A DNA stretch of 64,000 nt from Macrostomum lignano (Eukaryota): assembly GCA_002269645.1 (NCBI GenBank), contig NIVC01000852.1:82600-146599 (forward strand), in the 5' to 3' direction. The notes beneath the pieces are model-generated. The model did no database searches and was not told the origin of the DNA. It saw nothing but the letters and a program-made list of their open reading frames with translations. The translations under genes and the position numbers were made by a program. Of this stretch, positions 13,027 through 23,400 are shown piece by piece. The stretch's first letter is position 1, and the number at the start of each line of letters is the position of its first letter.

Positions 13027-16000
13027 ATGGAAGCTGACGATGCAGCAATTCTCGCTAGACGCTGCGACGCCAGCTTCGACCAGTGCGTCGAGGACCTCAA
13101 ACCGTTCATCCTGTGCTTGGCCACCCGCCAGGAGAAGCAGCTCTGCAGCGATTGGGTTCGCCGACTCTGCGAGCTCCGCGCCGACAGCCTGTCTGAGAAA
13201 CAGCATCGAAATGCCTACGCCGACAGCCTGTTCGCTATGCTGCGTGAAGGCCGTCTGGCCGCACCATTCAATGCCGGTCCGCCTGAGTCGCCCGGCCTGC
13301 CGTCGACTATGCCGCCGGCTGTTGCTTCCGCCGCTGGAAGCGCCGCCGCAGTCTCCGACTACTGGTGGCAGGCGTCGCCCGCTTCGTCGTCTTATAAAAT
13401 AGCGTCACAAGAGCATCAGAAGATGACGTCATCGCCGCACTTTTCTACAATGAGTGCGTCATCGCAGCCAATTGCGTCATTTCCTTCAATGACGTCATCA
13501 GAGGCGATTATGTCGTTTTCAACAGTGACGCCGTCAAAGACGGAGTTGCCATCTCGACGGGCAGCGGCTACGAATGGCATTGATTACGGCGAGGCCGGCA
13601 GATCAAAGCCGTCACGGCAGGCATCCGGCAGCGACGATTCTGCGGCGACGGCCGCAATGGAGCGAGCGCGAGCCGAGGCGGCGGATTACCGATCGCGACT
13701 GGCCGCCAGTCAGCGGCGCTGCGACGAGCTGTCGGCCGAGCTGACCGACCTGGCCGAACGCTGCGAACGGGAAGCGGCGGACGCGGCGGCCTCGGCTGAA
13801 CTGCGCATCCGGGAGGCTCAATTGCTGGGCGAGCGGAGAGTTCAGCAACTGGAGTCGGAGAAGGAGTCTCTGGTTGCCAGGCAGCGGCAGCAGCTTCAGT
13901 CGGTCATTGACGAGACGCGGCAGAGCCTGCAGGAGGCTGAGTCCCGGCACGCAGAACAGGTGTGCAGTGCATGTTCTTTCGTAATATTGCTCCCTGCATG
14001 CAAGGCATTCGAGCGTAGCGACTAAACTTGAAAAACCTTGAAGGAATTTGAAAATTCACTCATCACTGTGCATTTGCTCAGACTCGTACAAGACCCTTAC
14101 TACTACTAGTAATGCTTGAGTTAGGACGGGGCAGAGCGGGGTTGTAGCCCAGTGGTCAGAGTGTCGGACTCACGACTGAAAGGTCGGGAGTTCGATTCTC
14201 GACCAACTCGGAACGATTTGTGCCCTTGAGCAAGACACAACTCTGCATTGCTTCAGTTCACCCAGCTGTAAAGTGGGTGCCAGCATTAGCTGGGGTAATT
14301 GAGGCTGTGTGTGGGGACCCCCCAGTCCTTGGACTGAACAGCCGTACGCAGCCTTCAGATGCGCCGCGCAATAGCTGCGGCTGAGCTGTCGGTTGCACAT
14401 CTGGCCATTAGGGCAGGTATTATCAATTATTATTAATATTATAGGGCGGGCGATAAAGAGACGGTGGCACGCCAGCACATTCCCCACAGGATGAACAGTG
14501 GCGCTTGTTGGTGTTAGTTACGCAAGCAAACACAGATCTCCATTTCACCAACGCCCCCTCAGGTAGCCGAGTTGCAGCAGTCGCTGGCCAGTCTGCGCGA
14601 AGAGCTCTCGGGCACCAGCGAAGCGGCTGCCGAAGCCGCCGCCACCGCCGCAGCCGAGCGGCGCTCCCTGGAAGCCCGGCTCGAGCGCTCCGAGACGGAA
14701 CGACAGCGCCTGGAGACCGAGTACCAGCAGTGCCTGGCTGAGCACGAGTCCGAACTCGGCGCTCTCCGCTCCAAGCATGACGCCGCGCTGGCCTTCGCCC
14801 GCCAGGAGGCCCGCCTGGAGGCCGAGCGGAGCGCCGAGCTGCTGGCCGATCAGCGCGACCAGCTGGCCGACCTGCGGCGCGCCCTGTCGGCATCCGAGTC
14901 GGCGCGCCAGCGCGAAGCCAAAGAAGCCGAAGCGCGCCTAGAAGCGGAACGCGCAGCCGAGAGAGAGCGCGTCGAAGCGCGGCAAAGCGAGGCCGGGAAG
15001 CACGCGGCGGAGGAGCTGGCGCGCCAAGCCGAGATCAGGTGCCGCCTGGAGGAGGCGCTGGCCGAAGCAGAGCGACGCGCCGAGCGGGCGACGGCGGAGG
15101 CGGCGCACTCGGCAGAGGCGGCCGCGGCGGAGATGCGCCGGCAGTGCGAGCGCCAGCTGGGCGACCTGCGGCGTCGGGCGGAAGCGGCCGATGCGGACCT
15201 CGCCGCCGCGGGGCAGCTGCGCGAACGGCAGGCGCAGGAATTCGCTGCCCGGTTGGAAGCCGCCCGCGCCGAGGCGGAGGAGCGGCTGCGCCAATCGGAG
15301 GCGGACGCGAAGCGGCGCGCCGCTGAGGCTCGCTCAGAGTGGGACCGGACAGCGCGCCGCCTGCGGGAGGAGGCGCAGACGGCGGCCAAGGCGGCCAAAG
15401 AGCGCCTGGCAGCGGCGGAGGCCGCGGCAGCGAAGCGCTCGGAGGAGGCGGCTCAGGAAGCGGCCGGCCTGCGGCGGGAGGTGAAGCGGCTGAAGGCGGA
15501 GCTGCTGTCGGAGCGGCAGGCGCGGCAGCAGCAGCTGCTGGAGCTCGGGCTGCTCCGCCAGGAGGAGACGGCCCGACTGCAGCGCCAGATGGAGCAGCAG
15601 GTTCGAATTCGGGATTTATTCACTTGTCAAAATCGAATTATTTAAACTCTAGTCTGAATCTGTAAATGAAATTACTGTCTCCCTAGTTATAATTTTGGAG
15701 TCCAGCGAGCCCAGAAGAAATTAATTTTTAGTGTTGCACTTTTCAAAAGATAAGGCTGCATTGATACGATAATTTTACTTTACACTAATTAGATGACGAG
15801 CAGTTTACGCATATTTGAAGTGCTGTCCCGGAAGGTTTCGCGAAGAAACATTGGGCTACTGCCCGAGCCTATACTGGCCCATCATCCGGGTAGCATATTA
15901 GCTGGTTTTATGGCGTGGAAACCGCTGGAAAACCGGTACAACCCCCCGTCCAGGTGGTCAAGTCGGCCAACTCTTTATATAGAGCAGCGTCATAAACATG

Positions 16001-18958
16001 GGACCAGCCGGGACTGCCGGGCGGATGCCTGAAACTGGTCCGGACGTCACCGAACGCCGGAGCCACCAACACACTTATCTCTCACACTGATTGCGACCAC
16101 CGACCTGCGCGAAATTAACTCCCGTTCTCTTGCTAAACACCTCCGCGCACCAGACCGAGCCTTCAAGCACTCTGACCGAAGCCAGCCTTCTAGACTCGAT
16201 CGGCACGCCCATCTTCTTTAACCAATCATCGGTCTTTTTCTCGCAGCAACCCCTCCAGTTCCATACCAAGTCAACGACACTCTCGGCACCAGAGCCCGCC
16301 ACTTTCGCGACCTCTGTCGCAAGCCCCTGAAATAAGCTATTTCATAGCTTAGCATAAGCAATCATTGAGATGGGTCTCCATTGAGTAGTCAGTGGACTGG
16401 TCCACTTGACGTCCTGTTGCTACTAGCAGTAGTCTCATTCGCTTCCACTCCAGGTGTGGAACGTCCTTGTTTTTTAACCACGAGAAGACTGATGGTAAGC
16501 AGTGCTTACCATGGCCCAACTCAACTTTCTGCCGACCAGAGTAAATTAAATTCTATGGCTAAATTGGTAGTATCCGTTCTTGCCGGATATGGTAAGCACT
16601 GCTTACCATGAGTATTCTAGGTTTTCTTGTTTTCTGACAATTATAGGCTTTGTATTCTACATTCTTAATTGTTTCGTCAGTAACGTTCCTTTGTGCTTTG
16701 GTTCAAAAACACACATTTTTTCGATGAGGCTTCAATAAAGTTTGAAATCGAATTTACTAATAACAGAGTTAAACAACAAAAACGAGAATGAAAAACCTGA
16801 TAATATTCTGGCTGATCGAACTTACTGCGCATACAGAGCGTACGGCTCGTGCACTACAGAAACTATAACTAGTGAAACTAATATAAATTATCGAGTTGTG
16901 AACTAATTTGAGCTAAAGACAAGAGCCAAAAATAGTAAACAGAAAGGATGAAAACAGTTTTAGCGGAAAGTGAGTCCATTCTGCCGATGCTCGTACTTTA
17001 ACGCTGCGAATGCCAGCGTTGGAAGCAATCTAACAAACAAAGTCCCGGGCATCCTGGACATCGGCTGCAGAAATAAACTGTGCGCCAGGAACTGGCAGAA
17101 CTGTAGCACATTCTGCACCTTTTCGTAGGTCTGGGCTGGGCAGGACGACCTGGGATTTTCTCCGGAAAATGCTGCTCAGGGACTGCAACTGTTTGCCGCA
17201 TGGAAGCCGGTCGCTTCCTGCCATTTCCAGTTCGCTCTATCAAATCACGGATGCTGGCTTCGAGATATCTGATAAAAGTATTGATAAAAGTAAGCTTGTG
17301 GAACCATTTTGTTGTCTTTCTGCCGGCTGCAGGGTGCCGTCCAGCGTGTCCACTCCACCCATGCAGCGATTGTAAGTTAGCACACTGCGGCTCTTCTGCA
17401 CTGCCACATGCTGACCAGCTCGATTGATCTTGACTTTCTCTGCCTTTGACGCAACGTCCTTCGTGTCCAGCAAATACAAGGTCTTGACTCCACTCTGCTT
17501 TCTCTCGACAGCCTTCACAATCAGAACACGTCCCTTCCTCGCAAAAGCTACATTATTCGGAACCACTACAGCCTGCCGAAGCTGAGCCGGAAAACTCCTC
17601 GGTCTGGCCTCACGGTGCCCGTCAAGAACGTTGAATGGTCGATAAGGAACTGGGACAACCTGTATGATGTAAACCAGGTGTCAATTGAGGCCAGCAGTTC
17701 CGGTAAATTCAAAAAATTCTGTCCCTTCATCGGACCCAGGCTCGACAAGTCGCCAAACATTCTCAACTTCAGCAGCATCGCCATCTGCAAACTCCTGTTC
17801 TTCCTCGCCGTCAGGCCCTTCTATGGTTGGAGGATTGCCATCCAGTGCTTCTCGCCAACCTCCTCGCCAGGCTCCTCGTCTATTGTTAAGTAGGAGTCGA
17901 GGCTTGCTTCACTGTCAGAGGTCAGGTAGTCGATCTCAGAGGCAGAAGCCATGTACTTTAGGATATCAGTGAGTAAATACTGTGTCAAATTTAGCGAGAA
18001 AAGGCTAACAAACAAGATGGTAAGAGTTTTACTGTAAGAAAGCTAGTTTTACTACAAAGGGGACTTGCTGTATGAGCACAGATTTCTATGGTAAGCAGCG
18101 CATACCAAGCAGGCAGCAAGTGAAACTGTTTTATTGGCTAAAGCAGTAGTGCTGTTCATTTCCTTCCTGTCTAGCGTGTCAGTTTGAGCCAAGCTGGATC
18201 AGTAAGCCTAGCCGGCAGGAATGGAAGTGACATGCTATGCCAGAAAATATCTATGGTAAGCACTGCTTACCAAGCAGTCGGGAACAGACAAATTATGGAT
18301 TCTGGTTAGGCAGGAAGAGGACTAAACGTCCTTGCCACATGCCCCATTCCAGGCGTCCGAGGCCCGCGCCGAGGTCGAGGCGGAGCGAGTTCGTCTGTCG
18401 CGCGAAGCGTCCGAGGCTGCCGAGCGCGCCCTCCGCGCCACTGACGCGCGCCTAGCCGAGCTGGAAGCGGATTGGCGCCGACGCGCAGACCAGGCCGGCG
18501 CCGCTCTGGCCGAGGCGCGCGCCGAGTCCGACGAATTGCGCGCCAAACGGCGCCGCCTCCTAGCCGCGCTGGCCTCGGGCGCCGAGGCGGCGGAATCGGC
18601 GCTCAACGCAGAACGGGAGCGCAGCGAGCAGCGCCGGCGCCGGCTGGCGGAGAAGCTCGGCGCCAGACTGGAGGCGGAGCGCCGGGCGCGCCGGCAGGCG
18701 GAGGAGCGGCTGGCGGAGTCGCAACTGGCCAGCGAACGGGCGCTGCTGGAGACGGAGGCGGAGCACCAGCGCCAGCTGCAGGGCCTCCTGCCGGCGCAGC
18801 TGCAGCAGCAGCTGGAGGCGACCATCGCCAGCCTGCGCGAGCAGGTGACGGCACTCAGGCAGCGCTGCCGCCAGCTCACCGACTCGGCGGGGACGGCAGC
18901 GGCGACGGCGGCGGGGAGCAGCAGCGCTTTCAGCGAACCGGCGAATTCAACCAGCTGA
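13027..18958 (+). CDS. CEP112: Centrosomal protein 112-like (DUF4485 N-terminus + long coiled coil); exons 13027-13959, 14563-15600, 18353-18958; ~858 aa
   Basis: The N-terminus DASFDQCVEDLKPFIL...EKQLCSDWVRRLCE...RNAYADSLFAMLREGRLAAPF matches the CEP112 N-terminal domain as recalled. All junctions are GT-AG, phase 0. E/A/R-rich heptads follow. Confidence 0.85.
14138..14443 (+). mobile_element. tRNA/CORE-type SINE (family A), full length, in CEP112 intron 1
   Basis: A and B boxes, CORE-like block, 3' body ending GGGCAGG, ATT-rich tail. Confidence 0.9.
15800..16330 (-). mobile_element. 5'-truncated R2/NeSL-like (REL-endonuclease) retroelement fragment with probable 3' UTR
   Basis: ORF 16330-16075 reads VVDLVWNWRGCCEKKTDDWLKKMGVPIESRRLASVRVLEGSVWCAEVF, resembling the extreme C-terminus of R2-type ORFs (..WRG.W.....L..LG......SVRVL.GS). 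The 3' boundary is uncertain. Confidence 0.5.
16474..18309 (-). mobile_element. piggyBac-superfamily DNA transposon (PGBD4-like), internally deleted and frameshifted, in CEP112 intron 2
   Basis: The left end is TTAA+CCACGAGAAGACTG (16474) and the right end TTCTGG+TTAG (18306-18309). Transposase relics on the minus strand: ATG 17952, acidic N-terminus to FTGTAGLN, DTWFTS...TGTVRPDRG, YNRCMGGVDTLD, RKTTKWFHKL, and a Cys-rich C-terminus CRMC...C..CPG..LCLLDCFQRWH ending at 16998. Confidence 0.9.
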
Positions 18959-19494
18959 TAGCGCTAATCCGAGAAAAATCGCTTTAGACTACTCGCCTTG
19001 CCTGAATGAGTAGTGCATATTGAGTTTTTTAGTTTTAAAATCATATCAATCATAATTTCTAGATTGCAGCTGTTTTCCCGTTAGTTGTGTACAAATTAAG
19101 TATTTTATCAGTATTTTCACCTGTAAACTGGGAGACTAAGAAACTTCCTGTGAAGCTGAGCTCATTCCATTCCATTTATAACTACTGAGGGCAATGTTTT
19201 ACTATGATAATATCCTATTCAACATTCCTTTTGCGTGTATCTTCTCTTTCTATTTTTAGTCTTTTTGTGCTTCAATTGTAACAGCATATGCGTTTTGAAA
19301 TGTGACGAGTAAATTGTTCAAATCAAAGCTATAACTGCTTGGCCTTATTAACGATTTGTTTATCTGTTTGTTAGTTCGTTTCAAATAAATATACAAATTA
19401 TGAGTGCGCTGGACCCACTCTGATAGAATGATGCCAATCGTACGCTTCACGTATATTGAGAAATGTTACTCATTTCGGCGCCACATTGGGGCTG

Positions 19495-19857
19495 GAGAGG
19501 CAGATTCTCACGGATTGAGGGGGTGGAGAGGCAGATTCTCACGGATTGAGGGGGTGGAGAGGCAGATTCTCACGGATTGAGGGGGTGGAGAGGCAGATTC
19601 TCATGGATTGAGGGAGCGGAGAGGCAGATTCTCACGGATTGTGGGGGTGGAGAGGCAGATTCTAACGGATTGAGGGGTGGAGAGGCAGATTCTCACGGAT
19701 TGAGGGGTGGAGAGGCAGATTCTCACGGATTGAGGGGGTGGAGAGGCAGATTCTCACGGATTGAGGGGACGGAGAGGCAGATTCTCACGGATTGAGGGGA
19801 CGGAGAGGCAGATTCTCACGGTTTGAGGGAGCGGAGAAGCAGATTCTCACGGTTTGA
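19495..19857. repeat. 30-31-bp minisatellite (GAGGCAGATTCTCACGGATTGAGGGGGTGGA), ~11 copies
   Basis: Direct periodicity between CEP112 and the EML-like gene. Confidence 0.95.
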
Positions 19858-20437
19858 GAGAAATGATCAAGACTCCAGACTCAAGTCTGTCTAAGCTGTA
19901 GAAATTTAGCAATTTCAAAAGTACGTTAGTACTTACAAATTCAGAACTGCCGCATCACACAGCTCCAGCACAGAGTCGGTAGCTTTTATTATGCTGAAGA
20001 TTTTTTTAGATTGATTGAGAACGGAAAAGTTGGCTTTAGATTGGAAAGAAAAAGTGAACAGTGCCTGCCACTTGCATTCCCTATGGAGAGGCGAGAGAGA
20101 GAAGAGTAGGGTTAGCAGGAGCTGAGGGGTGCTTGCTAGCCTCTCAGGTAAAAAGGGATTAGCTTAGCAGCTTTCAATACTGCACCGTTGGCTCAAGGTC
20201 GCCTTGGGAGTTGGGGCCCGCTTGTGTTTGTGTGTGTTTGCTTCCTTGGCTGCCGTTCGATTGGAGTGGATCAGCGGCCTTACGCGAGGGTTAGGAAAAG
20301 TTGGCTTGGAGCGGAGCGGATCATTTTTAAACAGACTCAAGAAATCAGGGTTGACTTGAGCAGACTGGGAAGCGCTGCAGCTGATTGAGTTATGATTGCA
20401 GATCAGCTTGCAATTGGCGATTCTAACAGCAGCGATC

Positions 20438-23400
20438 ATGCAGAAGCAGCCCCGGCAGCGGCAGAAGGGCCGCGAGGTCTGCAACTTCGGCCTCTCCAAC
20501 GAGGGCTCGCCGCCTCAAAGAATGAAGAGAATTGGCAGCTGGGCAGCCCACAGCAACTGCGCCGGTGAGCATGCAGGAAGCGCTGACTAATTTGACTAAT
20601 TATGCTGAAGGCCAAGAACCGTTTAAGCTTCCAAAGACCGCTAGAAGAACAAGGACGCTGCCTGGAATTTGTACTTGAAGGCCCAACGTTTTCGGGAAAA
20701 ATGCTTAAGAAAATTAGATTAGAAAATTTGTTATACATAATTGAGCTGGTTGCAAAATTTCAAAATTGACTGGCTTTAGTGTTTGTAGCCCAGTGGTTAG
20801 AGCGTTGGACTCACGACTTGAAGGTCTGGGGTTCGATTCTCGATCCCACTGGAACAATCTGTGTCCTTGAGCAAGACGCTTAACTCTGCAATGCTTCAGT
20901 TCACCCAGCTGTAAAATGGGTGCCAGCATTAGCTGGGGTAATTGAGGGTGCGTGCCGACCCCCCAGTCCTTGGACTGAACAGCCGCTGCAATAGCTGCGG
21001 CTGAGCTGTCGGTTGCACATCTGGCCATGAGGGCAGGTGTAATCAATTTTTATTAATAAATTAGTGTTTCTAGTTATTTTTAAGCCAGAAGCTGGCCATC
21101 TTGTAAAGTTTCTATGACTTTCAAATCACACGGGAAATTGATGTTGAAAAAGCAAAGTAACAAAACAAAATAGCAGTTGCTTCTCTTAAAGTGAGCTGAA
21201 TAACTGAGTGACTTCATTCTATTGTAGTTTCGTCTGATTTAAGAGTAGTCTAGGTAGGTAGGTAGGTAGGTAGGTAGGTAGGTAGGTAGGTAGGTAGGTA
21301 TGTTGGTAGGTTGGTAGGTTGGTAGGTTGGCATTTAGGTACCCGTAGGTAGATTGGCAGATAGATAGGTAGTTAAGTAGGTAGATTTGCAGGTAGATAGG
21401 TAGGTAGGTAGGTAGGCAGTTAGGTACACATCAATGATTACGTATCACCGGGAATTTTTTAAACGAAAAAAGAAAAAATTTGGTAGCAGTCAGAAGAAAC
21501 ATAAAAGCAAATTTTTGCACTTATAGCGTTAATTTGTTATTGGGTTGCTCATACGCCAACCGCTCTCTGTGCTCAGAACCTCTTGGCTTTGATTTTTTCA
21601 ATGCTCCAGCCGGCTCCCATGATCAGCCTTGCCAACCAGAGGCATTCTTGTCGTTTGCTTGACAGCGTGGCCACCGCCTTAGTGATGCTTTCTGGCTAAT
21701 AAACCGCACCAATTCACCTTGTTGTTAACCCAAGCATACCTGCTGTAGGTAAGTAGGGAAGGCTGGAGCAGGTCTCTCGGGATAAAAATGCCCTAACTCC
21801 CCGGCAGGAAGTGCCTCGGTTTGGCCATTGTTGCTCCCCGGAACCGAGAGGTCGCTCGCAGTTTTATGATGATGGGGCGATGCTGACTTAGAACTTCTCT
21901 GGCCAAGGGTTTGGACGCTGATGGGGGATCGCCAACGGAGGCTGGAACGGACGCAAATTCTTCAATTCTTCACTAACACGGCACGCACTGGGGGGAGTTC
22001 AATTCATTGCAATCTTTGCCTAATAAAGCTTTTGAATGTTCCTAAATTCCTTGCTCTGAAAAGTTACAGTAAGATAATCGTAAATTAGTGCACCGAAATC
22101 TGAGTGAAACTTCAAACGATTGGATTGGAAACTTATTATGTGACATTGTTGCAAACTGCCTGCATCTTTTTGTCTCCCTTTGCAAATCTTAACAAACTCT
22201 ACAAAAACCCTACACTAACCCTACCCTAAAACTACCCTACCCTGACCCTACTCTAACCCAAACCTAACCCAACCCTAACCCTACGCTAGCCCTACCCTAC
22301 CCTACCCTAACCATAGCACTCGAATGGCGGCTACAATAGCCCACTTAAATTTTTAAATTGCTTCCGCAGACGCCAGTGATGGAGGACCGCAATCCGAGCC
22401 TCTTCAGCGCCAGCTGACCCGCTTGTTGGAGTCGGTCAGCCGGTTGAAACTCCGCGCTTTCGTCTCCGCGCTGAGCGCCGCTTCCACAGCCGAAGGCGCC
22501 CTGCCATGCAAAGATTTGCACAGACTTGCCAACGAGCACCAGATGCCGTTGTCTGAACGACTACTCGACCGTCTGGCTGCCGCATGCGCCGCCGATGTTG
22601 TCGGTATCGATCAAACTGACAGCCGTGCGCACTTGAACGACAGTCAGGCGAGTTTGAGCTCCGCCGCCACGGGCTGGGTTGACAGCGACGCCGCTACCTT
22701 CCGTCTGGTGAGCGCTCATGCCGATACCCGTCGAGAGAGCGTCCAAGTTTCCACTGGAGCAGGCCTCCTGGAGAGCTCGGAATCGACCACTGCGGCCTCG
22801 TCGGAGCTCACTCGGCGCGTGGTTGAGCAGCTGACGCTGCACAGGCGATACGTGGATTTAGACATCATCCGGAGGGACCTTCGCAAGCGGGACAACAGTA
22901 GGAGCGGCCTGCTGCCAAAGCGTGCGGTGAGCCGTTCAGACTGCATGTCACTTACAGTCCGTTCAGACTGCAGTGTCACTTACAGTTCGTTCAGTCTGCA
23001 GTGTCACTTACAGTCCATTCAGACTGCAGTGTCACTTACAGTCCTTTCAGACTGCATGTCACTTACAGCCCGTTCAGACTGCATGTCACTTACAGTCCGT
23101 TCAGACTGCGGTGTCACTTACAGTCCGTTCAGATTGCATGTCACTTACAGTCCGTTCAGACTGCATGTCACTTACAGTCCGTTCAGACTGCAGTGTCACT
23201 TAGCCCAAGACAAATATAGACATAGAAATATAAGATAAGACATGAATGAACCTTACAATGCGAACCCCTTCAGGTGCTGGATGTGTGCGCCAGGTACGAC
23301 AATCCAGTCTATGGCTCGGTGCTGGCAGCTGTGCTCCATCAATGTAAAGATTCAGCAACTGGAACTGTGCGGTGAGGGAAAAACATTTTTATCATTTTTA

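Noticed and set aside
14138-14215. tRNA-Val-like genes at SINE heads
   Set aside because: Stems are imperfect, there is no oligo-T terminator, and each continues into the same SINE body.
22205-22312. Interstitial telomere
   Set aside because: Only ~100 bp and highly degenerate; treated as low-complexity sequence.
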